Part shown: piece after piece, positions 1-13,944 of the stretch
Numbering within the stretch: position 1 is the first letter of the stretch
Layout: each line of letters opens with the position of its first letter
Source of the DNA: Tubiluchus corallicola
Lineage: Eukaryota; Animalia; Priapulida
NCBI GenBank assembly: GCA_030141605.1
Contig: JAQGDQ010000033.1
Span: 799,214-863,213, forward strand
Direction of reading: 5' to 3'
DNA: 64,000 nt
Made by a program: the position numbers and the translations under genes
Notes under the pieces: generated by a model
Databases searched by the model: none
What the model saw: the letters and a program-made list of their open reading frames with translations, nothing else
Told to the model about the DNA's origin: nothing

Positions 1-662
1 TCATCCAAACACACAGGCATGCACACATATGCAGGATCTTGATAGACTGTTAAGTTCTGTCTATAATACTCTAGAGAAACAAGCCACTATTGCTAAAAGG
101 CAAATATGAACTCTTAGACATATATGCTGCTAATAATGCACTGTGTATGATATCAGTAATAATCACAGTTTATCGTTGTCCTATAAATTGAGTGGACAGT
201 ACTGTGAGCGACACTGTGATACTGCATGATACGGTAACTATTACATGTGATTGTGGTTGCAGCCTTGAGTAAAAAGGCAAATTTGTGCCATCAAAAGTTG
301 CAAAAAGTTCAGCCAAATGGAAAAGGAGTTCGATCTACCAGGTGTTCACTTAATTCTTTGGCAACTTAATATGTACTGTACAAAATGCAACAATTTCCAC
401 AAATAACCCATCACCCATCACAACAGCAAACAGCTATTGGTGATACAGAACAGTTTTCTAATGAAAGAATGGTGCACAGCTATTGAAATTTAGTTAGCGA
501 AAACATTTTACACTAAGCTGCCAGAAATAAAAAACAGAACAAACGTTCAAAAATCCAAGTTTTTTCTTAAATATTTTACATTGTAATTTGGCTGCTTCTT
601 TTGCACGTAAATTGAGCTAAACATATTTCAAATTAAACAAATCTGGTAATTACTGGACATAC

Positions 663-3600
663 CTAGAATCATGAGCGGTTTTCCTGAAAGATTGCATGCC
701 TCCATATGTAAAATTTGGAGTCCATTATTTATCCGTAAAGTTCGACCTAACATTGGTAGACTCTGTTCATTTAGCGAACAGCATCGTGTGTCCAAATACT
801 CTACACATGGTGTCTGAAACAGCAGCAAATCGCTGAAAAGCAGTGTGTTACATTGTTTTCATGCCTAACATTCTACTAAAGAATTATCTGACTAAAAAGT
901 ATCAGGACAACACCAAAATTAATTAGAAAAACCTGGTGCAGAATATCAATTCTATACACGTTTTAGTGCAGCAGAATAATCTGATGACAGCCTTCTATTT
1001 TACATTAGCATCATAATTTTATAAAATGCTGACAAAATCTACTGCTACACCAATGAAAACATTATAGTCATACAAAATTTTCATTTCATTTTTTAAGTGA
1101 TTTGCTAATTTGTTCACAACAACTTAATATCATTCATATTAGATAAATTCAAATATGCGCAAAAGTTAAACATAGAAAAAATCTCAATTGTCGTGAAGGC
1201 TAATCTTCTGCCAGAGCACAGCCTAATCAAGTTCTAAAGCAATTTTCAAAGGCAATGTCGAGGCTGCCAAAGTTCACAAATCATAGCTAATTATTGTTTG
1301 TCAGGAACGCAAGCACTTTGCTGCTCAGATCTAATGACTTAGAGTAGAGTCTATTATTGATTGCTTGGCTTGCTCTGAAATTTCTGCAGTTTCTTTCACC
1401 CATTCACAATCCAATTTCAACATCAACATTATAGCTTAAGAGAAGAAAAGAGTTGCAAAATGACGAGATTTAGGAAAAATAAGAACACTATGCATCACAG
1501 TAAAAACTACATTTTAGTACTGCAAACATTGCCATCTAAAAAAGTATTCAGCAACCTAGCATATTTATTAGCAAATGCTTACAAATAGCTAGGTAAGAAC
1601 AATAACTATCTCCACATCTTCTCTCATGAGCAGGCCATATGACCAAGTAAATGACAGGGCAGCTCTAAAACTATTTGATGAACTATTGCAAAAAATTTGA
1701 CTGCAAATTTTCCAAGGTCTAACCTAATTCTAATGATTTAGTTGAGTATTATGCAGCTTTTTCTATTTACATTGATGTCCTCATCTTCTGATGGATATTT
1801 TTTAGGAACCAACATCAACAATTTGCTTGTTGTACACAGAATTCGTTTCTCCATTTCTGAAGGAAGATCATTTACTTTTATGATCCTCACTGATGAAACA
1901 ATTTAGTAATTCATATTAGGCATATCTCTAATGATTTCTGTGGCAACTCACTTAAATTTTCATTTAGCTTTCACAGTCCAAATATTTTTTGTAGCAGAGC
2001 TATTGAAATTTATAAGATTTCGGTAATTTTTGTAAAGTGCATTAGTGAAATGAAGTAGTTTATAATTAATGCATTATACAAAAATGCATTATTATGTGTA
2101 TGTAAAACCAATACCTTGTCTTAGAACCACAAAAATATTACATTTACAAATCATTTACAAATAAGCTAGTGCTGCATAGGCTTGATAAACTGCACTGGTA
2201 CACAATCTATTGCATCTATTAACTACAGTCAGTAAAGCAGAATAATCATTTTAGAAATTAATAATATACGGTAGTGTGCATGACAGGCTCAGCAGAAAAT
2301 TTTCACCACACATGAATACGAGCTAGAAAGTACAGGGTATGTCAAAAGTAATGATCCACTATCACAAACCTTTTATGACACAAACTTAAAAGGAATCCTT
2401 AATAGATAAAGCTCATAATATTTGCTATATTGTTAATATTTGTTATATTGTTGGTGGTGGTGGGAGTGGTAATTATTTTTACTATTACTATTAAAATTAT
2501 TACTATAATAAGTTTCATTCTGAACAAAAACAATTAAAAAACAAAACCAGATTTATTTTCTTGCTCTAATTTCATACGATATTAATTTAAACAAAGTCAA
2601 TAAACTTCATGCAGAAACTGTCTGGAATTTAAGGATAATTATCACAAAAATGTTACATTTCAATTCATTGCAAGCTGATTTATAGCATTCAGGGGCTAAG
2701 CCCACTTATGTTGACGGATGTGTTAGGATTGCAGCCTACCTCATTATAAAACGATAAGTTTTAAAGTGAGACTAAACCAGGAGCATTGTCTTTTTTTACG
2801 ACGTACTGGTGTACAGTGTACACATTATCTGAAAGCTAGTAATACAGATAAAACCGTGCAAAAGCAATTTTCTTAACAGTCACCCATACATGTACTAAAC
2901 AAGCCTAGAAAATTTTTTAATAATTTCAAACCATTGACCCCTATCGTCGACAAGGAAGGGCAGTATCCTGACCACTCAGTTACTGCTTACAGTCCATTGC
3001 TTTTGATGATGCCAACAAATGTCTTAATTCTTTGTCAAAGTCCGGCACCAAATTTTCATGATCAATATATTTTTTTAAAATTATTTCCATAATCTAAATT
3101 CTATTTTGCAAACCTAAAGATTTCCTGTATTAATTGCTATTATTAGCTTTATAAGAATGAAAATTTCACTGACACTGAAAATGGATATCCAAAATGTTAG
3201 ACAAACTAATGTGTGATTTAGTACTACTAATTCAGTAACCCTCTAAACCTTTGTCTGGAGCTAAAGAATTAATACAGTCTTCTTAAATACAAAGGCTATT
3301 CCTTTTTAGTATACATTTTGGTTGGAATACAAAGATAACATAACTACATATGTTTAACTACTTCCTCACTTACATACTAGTTACTATGTGACTTTTGCTT
3401 TGATAAATTATTATCAATAAATTTGTTATTAGTGGTGACAAAAAGCACAGAAACACTTTAGAAGAGGATTAGTTGATGCTTTTCTAGTGCCTTGAATTCC
3501 CGAAACCAAATAAACTGCTTAACACCACACTGACAGCAGAATTTCTTCGAGTCGGATTATGAAGGAAAAATTTGCTTATGACATCATAATTCCAAACTAA

Positions 3601-6600
3601 TTTGTCATTCCCAAGCTTTAGGCAGTCAAACATTTGATATAATAAACGTGTTGTAGTCTGTTTGCATTGATAGTATTACTGCAATAAAATAACTGGCATG
3701 TCACACAGAGAATATAAATTGCCTGGTGAACGCATTAACTATATAATACCTTTCGTGTCACATAGTGCATTTAGCAACTAACAAGACGAAAGATTTGCTG
3801 GGAGAAACACTAAAAAAGCATTGCGTAGCAGCATAACGTTTTGATCGTGTTAAAGTTTTCTAAATGAAGCCACTCCAATTAAGGCACAAAGCATAATGAG
3901 ATAGAAAGCTGCAAGTTTGCTTTTTCAAGAGGGACTGAAAAAGCATGAAGAAATGTATCAGAAAAATTAATTTGAAATGATATTAATAGAAATTTTGACA
4001 TAAAACCAATGAAGTCACATTACTACTGCTGCTGCTGCTGCTACTACTACTACAATTTCATAACAAAATTCCACTTAAGTAAATGCCATACTTTGCATAG
4101 GTAGTAACCATATGTGGCTTAACATAGTTATGAACTTACACGTTTTATCATGCGAGCACAGGCTTGCCACCCTCTGGGACCGATGTTCTTATTATAAGAG
4201 ATGTTCAATTTAGTTGCAGATTCATAATATTCGAGCATGTCACATAGTGCCGCGGTGCTCTGAAATAAGACACATAAAATATGGTTACAATTTATCTTGA
4301 CATTATAAGCATTACATAATGAAAATTTTGACAAGTAAAGGAACTGCAGATACCAAAATGCATGATAGAAAGGGATGAATGTAAGGTCCAGACATAAAAA
4401 TCAAGACGAACGATAAAAGATTACAAAAGTTCAAGTCTCAACAATGGCAATTTTGATTTGGTAAAATATACGATCAAAATGAATCGTTTACCTTGATGCT
4501 TTTATAAATGCATGACACGATCAGCCAATATAAAGTTGTAATTATGCACCCATATAAAAAAATTATTTACTGTAAGATGCAGTCATTCAAATGTAAAGGT
4601 TATTAATAAGATGTACAAAAATTTGACTTAGAAAACAACACTCATAACAAATGCAGCCCACTTATTTAATGGTGAATGGTGAAAAATTTAATGGTGAAAC
4701 AATATATTGAAACTAAAAACCATGACTTTTTATTGCAAACATAAATAATCTCAGCTTTTTCTTTTCTTTTCTATTAGAAAATTTATCTCACAGTAACAAT
4801 GTGAGAATTATTAATAATTGATTAAACTGCTACTAAGCGTGGATGAAATCTGGATAATGAATCAATTTGAATACTCTTTTTCAGAATTTCTAAAATGCTG
4901 TTTATATTGAGCTATAATCTCATGGTAAATGCATTTATTGCTGAATGTTGATGAGGCGTTTCTTATTTATGAGAAATAACCCAAAGGCTTCAACAGCAAG
5001 ATACAAGGCTTCAATATTTTACAGTAAGCAGTGACAATTCAGTTTTTGGTCTTAAAATTGAGTGAAAACATTATTTCATGGAATGTTGTGCACATAAGAA
5101 GCATGCAGATTTAAAAGTGATTGTCTTTTTATTCCCACTCAAAAAACACACAAATATTAAACAAATATAGATATAAAGTGTGGTCTGTTATTTTTGAAAG
5201 AACTAAAATACATATTTCACATTTTCTGTAAAAAAGCAAAATACATAAGTTCAACATAGTGTTTCGGAGACATAATATGAGTCAGACATTCTTAACGCAA
5301 GTAACATTCGAGCAGAACAATGGGTAAATGACAAAGATTCTATTTAATTTTTTTATTACTTGGAAATTTCTCCACAGACTTTTTAGTTTCGGAACTTCTC
5401 ACTGCAGAAAACTAGCTCTGTAAATCAGTATTAAGAAGGAAAGTCACACATGTTACTTTGGAGATCTTTATATAACCATATTTTTATTACTGTCAAAAGA
5501 CGAAAAACGTAAGAAACCTTTGGCCACAGTGGCCACTGATAAAGAGGCCTCAGGAAGAAGAAATGATATACAGGTGGTGAAACTATTACAAATGAGATAC
5601 AAAGAAATAGATTAATGTACAATGAATACATACATTAGTACAATGCTACAGTAAGCAAAAGGCATAAAATGTACCACACTAATAAGCGAATAGACGGGTA
5701 TTTTTATATATGTTTGAACATTATCAAATATAACTATATTTTGGAGATTGGTGACATGCAAACAACTGATCAGATTTCATTCCTGATACCAAAATTTCAG
5801 AATAGGAACCGAAACACCTGGCCTACAAATTAGCACTTACAATAATACAGAGCTGTTATAGGACCAATATCATCAGAAAGAGAAAGATATTTTAAAGTCA
5901 GTTCTATGATTAATGCTTACATCATCAGTGAGATTTGAGGCTTCTAGATCCAGCATCCGAAACTGTACTCGTTTAAATACTTCCTCCAGTGTCTCACAAT
6001 GCTTCACGTCTAACTTTTCACCTGTGGGAAAGAATGAGAAGTTGACTACATAACACTGCGATGTGTCAACATTCTCCTCTCTGATTAGTGAAAGTAATTC
6101 AACAAGGAGTCAATCACCTTGAAAACAAATTAAACGAAAATAAGTTTCCTATTAAAATCGACGTTGTCCTAATAACAGCAACATTTTAAACCTATAGTAT
6201 GCTGACAATACCCAGTGTGAAAGACTAGACAAGAAGCTCAGCAGCACTGCACAAGGTAAAATACCTTTACATATCTAACACTTTATAACCAGCTTCACCT
6301 AAGTTAATCAAACAGTTGCTATTATTATCCAAGAAAGTCTTTTTCAAAGAAAATGCTTTTTTAAGAATACTAAATACAAACTTTCAAACCTATTCTTAGC
6401 TTATTAAGAAAAATAATACATTGAACAGTTAACAAAATATTAATCCCTAACCACATCAGGCAACTAATCAATTAAGCTGTTAAATCCATGTGCCTTAATT
6501 ATATTTATCATGCAAGACACAAGGGAATAATGCAGGTATTACCAGGTAATGTATTTGTTGCTTATAATATAACACATGACATGAACCTAGTATTTTGGAC

Positions 6601-9600
6601 TACCAGGCATGTTGTTGAACATCATAACTTCGCAGACTACAAAGTTCTGATGAACTATACTCGTATATGGTATCATGTATATATTCAGTTGTAATTACTA
6701 CACTTGCCTTTTGCAATCAGGACCAGAATTACAATAGTTTCAATGGACCAATAAACATAAAATGAAACTGAAACATCGCTACCAGCATACTGTATTTACT
6801 GTATTTTCAATCAATTGTTAATTAGATTTTACAGTTTGACATCTCATCAGGGCAGGAAATAACTGGTGAAACCCACTGATTTGCTTGTGTCTTTAGACTT
6901 CTAACTGTTATTGAAATCCACTTCATGCCTCAACGGCTATTGATTTGTCCATCACATGCTTCAATGAAACCACAACTCTCCAGGCAAAACTTCATGCCTC
7001 TTAACAACTTCTCTGCGAACGACCACGCAATCACTCCTGCTATTCTAAGTTACCGCACAACAAAATACTTGGCAGTTAAATTAATAATAGGGGGCTTATT
7101 CCATTAATAACTGAAAACTTGAAAATTAAAATCATAAATGATTAATTAATTGTACAAGGCGATTCCAAATTTTAAATTTAATTCCAAAAGTTAAAATAAT
7201 TAGCTGTAATTATACAGCTTGAGTTTACAAAAAAATTTTAACACTTGATACTGTTGGTTTATTTTGGTTGCACAAAGGCTCATTTTGATCATAAGGGCCT
7301 GTGTTCTAAGACGATGGACTTGTATTGCAATGTACCTGGTTCAGTCCCGATTTTTTAAGATTTAGCTACAGCAGAATCTTCTTGATTTAGCTACATTTTT
7401 ATTATTTTTATTATTATTTTATTATTATTATTATTATTTATGCCTTTTTGTTTTGCTAATAACTTGCACAAGCACAGGGTTAGGGTCACTAAACTCACAG
7501 AACACACTTACCAGGTATGGGGATTTATGCATATGTGTAACCCGTCATCCCGGGTCAAAGGTCATGGAGTGGGCTGGCTTATTGTTTTTTCGCTAAGCTG
7601 GATCTCCTCCTACAGTTTTTGAGCTAGGGCCCCAAATTTTGGTATATTGCAAAGTGAGGTTGAGTTGTTGTGCAAGGCTGAATATGAACCATATGCATAT
7701 GGGGAAAATTTTTCGGTAGGTGGCAAAAACCAAAATCGAGAGGGTAGGGGACATCAGTGTTTCCAGTGTCAAGCAACAGTAACGTGTAATAATCAAATAA
7801 AAGGTGCGGATGAGGCGAATCAAATGATTTAAGTTTCGCTGATCTTGGTTGACCCCTGACCCCGCAAGGGGACAAAAACCAAAATCGCTTGTTGGGACGC
7901 CAATGCTTCCAGTGTCAAGTAACAGTAGCTTGTAGTACGTCAAATGAAAAGTCTTGATGAGCAGGATGGAATGCTATGAGTTACACACAGATTGGTTGAC
8001 CCTTGACCTGCTGGGAGTAAAAAAAATTGAGGGTCATGCAGACCAATGGTTTTCAGTGTCCAGCAACAACAGGTTTTAGTATATCAAATGAAAGGTACCA
8101 ATGAAACTAATTGAGTCATGACTAAATAAGTCATGTTTGCACTTATTGACCCTTGACCCTGAGGTCACAAGTAAGTAGAAGTTCCAGTAATAAAGTCTTA
8201 TAATACATCAAATGAAAGGTCTCAATGAGATGAACTGAATGGCATGACCTAACCCAGACTGGGATAGTAAAGGATAGTGAGTGAAATTGTCTGGCAGTAG
8301 TACAAATGCTTCCTATGTCGAGCAACAGTAAGTTGTAGCACATCAAATGAAAGGCCTTGATGAGAAACAAATTGAATTTTGTACCTTGACCCATATTTGG
8401 TTGAGCCTTGAGTCACTGGTTTTTACTGGTCAAAAAAGTGACAAGCTCTGATTTCATTGAAACTGTTAATCGAGTCAGACACAACCGCACAACATACAGT
8501 GTTGTTAATTATTTTGAAAGCAATTCTTATTTGTAAATACAAAAAAAAGTTAACAATTAAAACATCTCTTGTCATAGAAGCAGAATCTTACCACAGTTTT
8601 TGACACAGTCAAAAACGTCCACTAGCTCATGTTTCCTTTTTTCGGCTGAATTTATTTTCCAATGCTTAATAACTGTGATCTTTTTCCAAATTTGCTAAGG
8701 AATACTTTATATTAAAAATGCATGTCTGTTTATTTGGCCACAGTGAAGAATGCAGAACTATGCTGTAGTGAACTGAGAAAAGTATCCTGTCAATTTTTTC
8801 TGAGTATGGAGAAGTAAATTCGAAAAACCAAACTTGAGTTTAATACAAGAAAAGTAGCTAGAGAAACTGAATGAGAACTTTGCGATCTTGCCAACTAAAG
8901 AAATGTTAGTCATTCTAAGTTACTTTGCGAGTTTCCGAATGTATTATTGAATATAGAAAAACAACAAATGAAATTTTTGGGATTAACAGCAAAATTTCTT
9001 GTAAAGTTTACATGAACAGCATTTATGATTTATAAATGATGTGTTTCAAGGTAAATGATAGTTCATTTGTGAAGTTTTAGTGTCAGTCTGTGAATTCTGT
9101 TTTAGTTAGCAGTTTCATTTAGAACTGCCATGCCAAAATCAATGACAAGGATAAAGCCTTGGCTGCCAATAATGGATCTGCTCAAACCATCTCTCTGCAT
9201 GACAGCAATCAGGCACGTTTTCGCTGTATAACTTTGATGATGCTGCAGATATAAAGCTGTGGTATTGATTGATAGGGGATATGGGATTCAGCCGATTAAG
9301 TGAATTTGCTCTTTTTGCATGCACGATCACACAACGGCATGCCACCATGTTCAAAGATTCAATTTTTTATTTTGAGACTAATTTAAAAATAGAAATATAG
9401 AAGTAAACTAGCAAATAATAATACACTGACTTTAAAATCAGACTTTTTATGTAATTCAGTACTTGCATGTACCGTATTTTCCCGTGTATAAGAGACCCTT
9501 GTGTATAAGAGACCCCTTCAATTTTTAGGCAAAAATTCTGGAAAAAAGTTTTTTCAGACGGACATTTTTAGAGGGTAGAGTACAACTTTTTTCAACTCAG

Positions 9601-12600
9601 TGCGGTACTGAAAACAAAATAAAACCAGTTAATGTGTTGTAGAAAAAGAGTACTGGTATATATTAAAGTGCGTACCTGCAAACCTGTAACAGGAAAAGAG
9701 AAAACGAGGAGATAATGCCTGTGTCACGATGCTTGTATTGCTTACAACTGCTTCATAGTCGAACGCGACACGCAAAACAGTTGTAGAGCACTTATTTCTT
9801 TAAAATCATTAGTGTCACAATTTATGCATCTTATTGAAAAGACTTACTTCCATGTATAAGAGACCCCCTATTTTTAAAGTGAAAATTCTGAGCAAAAAAG
9901 GGTCTCTTATACACGGGAAAATACGGTAATTTGATTACTTCTCTGAAATTTACTAATTTCAAATTAATAATATCCTGTATTTTTTCAAAGTTTGTTTTTG
10001 AATGTGTGGCAAAATTTTGTATGGCAATACATAAAACACAATCAGTAACCGAAAAAACTGCCAATATCAAATTTACGAGTTATTAAGCTGCTAAAGTCAA
10101 TATAAAGTTCTTTATTCTAAGCATTATGTAAATATAATCTGAAGCCAGGTAAGGTAATAGACTCTCAACACACAATAAATTAATACATCAAGCACTAAGT
10201 TGCAACTACAAGCATAAAACTGCAGGCATTATGACTTTACTGAATAAAGTTCAAAGTCTGCACACTTTTGAAACAAATGCTTGCTTATTCATATTAAATT
10301 TTACTTATGCCAGGGTAGCTTAATAATTATCTGACATCCCAAGACTCACCTTTAAGGCATAGAGTTTCATGGCGAGTGCTGAAGTCTTCTAATGCCTAAA
10401 ACAAAGATAGATACAGTGTACTTTTTGATATTTAATAGTTACAACTTTCAAACTATATATAGTAGACCTACTTATTTAGAAAAAGTTTAACAATGCACAG
10501 ACTAGAACCCAAACCGTTCAACTCTAAAAAATCCTTAAATGTTTTTGGAGAGTCATGGTTATCAGAGTTCTTAACGTTCTTTTAAGAATTTTGGGTAAAT
10601 AATGAACTTACCCATCACACAGCTTTCAGGCCTAAGTTTTTGCCTCATCCAACAGCAATGCAAAGTGAAGAAATTTTACAAAGTGAAAGAATATTTGAGA
10701 ATCTTAACCACTAAAAAGGCAGTCTACTTTATTTTACGAGTTACTCCTAGAATCCTAGTAAATTTGAATTTTTTTAGTCTTATTCATGCACCGGATTTCT
10801 CGCTGGTTGGCAAAACAGTATTAAAATGCTTTCCCTGATTTTTTGTTAGAAGAAAGATGATCAATTTAATTAATTTAATAACTGTTCAAGCTATTAAGCA
10901 AAAAATTCTGCTAAAAGTTTTTTAACCACTTTTTTAAACAAAAATGTTCATATATGAATTATATAAGCTAAGAAAATCAGCAAAACAAAATAAAAAGCTC
11001 TTAGAAAAGTTTAACTGGACTGGTCCACTGGCACAGTTATTTTCAAAGAAGCCATGCAGCCTTTTCATTTACAATATAAAACTCGACAAAAATTCAGGTT
11101 TGAAAGAAGAGGAAAATACATTCAGCCCGCATTCCAGTTTTATAGAGAGACACCAGTTAATAAAATGAAACTCAATCATTTCCCGCTTCTTTTCCGGATT
11201 GCGTAATTTTCCCAAAATCGTGAAACACTTTAGTAGAAAGAGAAATTTCATTTACAGAAGTATTAGAAATTCATACAGGAGGAGGCAATAACAAAAGTTG
11301 TTTTTTATTCAGGTGTTTAACAAGTAAAGAGAGCACTTCTTTGTTTGAAAGAAAGCCATTATACTGTTAAGTAGTGTGTTCACTTTAGCTCTGCACCAAG
11401 TTGCACACCCGAGGTTGACTTCTGTAGGACTGAAAGATAATTAATGCAAAAACTGACACAGAGACAGAAGTCAGCACACTACTGCTCAGACAATTGCATA
11501 AAATGCAACCATGTTCTCTGTCAGGCTAAGATATCACTTCGAGCAGAATGTTTTATCTAGAGTTACAAAGCCCTGCCTGCACTTCGAACTGACTATATGA
11601 GACACCATGCTTCTCACGCAACAAAGAACACTATAATGACCCACTACTGATTTGCTTAACGGTAGACTGGTAAGTGCAGCAGAATAAGCTGCTGAACTAG
11701 CTTTGGTCACTCATCTTACTGGGAATATTTGCATACCTGAGTGCAGACAGATCTCACGATCACACAAGAGCAGAATGGAAGCCTGTGTGGGAACAAATCA
11801 CCCATTTTTTTATTGAATTCTCAATCACAAAATATTAAATCTTGCCTTATGTCATTTAGTGCATGTGCTAGAAATACAAAATTGTTACCTTTCAGACTTT
11901 CATCTCATTGATTTTGTAATTTTTAAAAACTCGTCTGACATGAATCTTTCACAATCACTGTGAATATCACATAGGCATAAACCAAACTTAAAAAGCATTT
12001 TGGCAGGCCCTGTTTGAAATAGATTCAAAATAAAGAAATTGCTTCAAGTTTATAGTGCATAGAAGAAAAAATGAGACTCGAACCATCTTCGACAATTTAT
12101 TCCCACACAGAACTGGCTTATCTAAAGTACCGTATTCCACTATTTATTTTATTTAAAAAATAAAATAAATACAAATCCCTCCATTTGTAGGGTAAGGGTG
12201 TACAATACAAATAAAAAATACACTACATACTACATATTGAAGGTCATTGCAGATACACGAACATACATATACATGTACATATATATAACACAGAATTAAT
12301 ATACAATGAATAGATTAATGAATATGCTATGAATTTTTAAGATTATTATCTGGCAATTTGAAATTATTGCAAAGGTAGCTACTATTTTTTACGTTACTAT
12401 TTTTTCAACTGAAATTTCGTGAACAATATCAATGAAGGCTGCACATACAGCTACATCGCGGAAAATATACAAGTGTTCTAAATTTAGTAAAGGTAAAACG
12501 TTTTGCATAGAAGATTTAGCGTTGTTAGAAATCAAAGGGCAGTCAAATACTAAGTGTTCAGGCGTTTGTATATCTGTAAGGCACTCACAGTAATCACTAT

Positions 12601-13913
12601 CGGCTAGACCAACTGTATATAAGAAGGAGTTACAACTTTTGCCAAGTAAAAGGTTGAGCGCAAGGGATTCTAAGCTTCTGCCATATCTACCAGTTGGCAG
12701 ACGCAGGGCTGTGAGAGAAGACATAGCATTTTCTGTAATCCTTCTTAAAAAAGCCTTGAACCGTATTCAGCGGTTCCAGACGGCCATTATAAATTTATCG
12801 AGATCTGCCCTGCATAGATTAGCACTTTCAGCATTACGTTCAACCACATAGTTTACGTTTTCATTTCTTGCTATGTCAATGTTTTTTATAGTTCTCAGAA
12901 AAGATTTAGAACCACTATAGTGCAAGGCTAAACTGAATTAATCAACCAATCTTAACAAGCAATCTCTAAAGCTGTTGAAAAGTCTACAATTTAAAGTTAG
13001 ACCACTTATTTTATAGCACAATCTGCACTGTGGCATTTAATACACATATTATTAGTGAGCATTGCACAACAGTCGCAAAGTAGTGCTGCAATACTGTACT
13101 ATCTTGAAATTCGATTTATGAACTTATACATAGTACATCACATACATTCTATGTCGATACATAACTGCCATTCACTAGTGCTCACCTGGGCCGAGATTCA
13201 TTAAAATGTTCGTAAGAGTTTTTGTACGCAAATATTTAAGAAGTTGAAAAAGAAAGAGAGGGAGAGAGAGAGAGAGATGCACACTTAAGGTCTGCTGTGT
13301 AGACTATAGTTCGAAAATCACATTCTTTTGAAAGGTCTAATTCTAATCTATTGCAAAAAATAATTTCTCTGTGCATTACATTTCTATTATTAGCCTTTTC
13401 CTCTTCCAAGAAAGCACCAACCATAGCTATTTAAACTGTGCACAACGTGTTAAATTACATTTACTCAAGCTCTGATCCTCGCGTGAAGTCACAAACAAAT
13501 TTAAGAAGATTTTTACGAAAACTGGCTTGGTGATCCTGCGCACAGGGCTAAAAACTTCGAAGGCACAAACTTACGAAGAAAATCGTTCAAAAGAACTTTC
13601 GTGAAACCGGCCCTAGGCTCAAAGATTAGTTGAATTTCAATAGGTGAGTACAATGTCTGTGCATTTTACATTATGGAATAAAATATAAGGTGTAATGCTG
13701 GTGCAATTCAGGTGCATGCACAGATGAATTTCAAAGCTTATAATAGTGTGGACACAAACATTTTTTGGCATTTAAAGGCTTTACTAATATTGCTGAAACA
13801 CAGATCAATTGACTGTTTTAACCAACAAACAAGTTTAATGTCTGCTGCTTGTGTTGCCATATATATATATATATATATATATATTGAAACAGTCAATTGA
13901 TCTGTGTTTCAGC

Positions 13914-13944
<31 letters not shown>

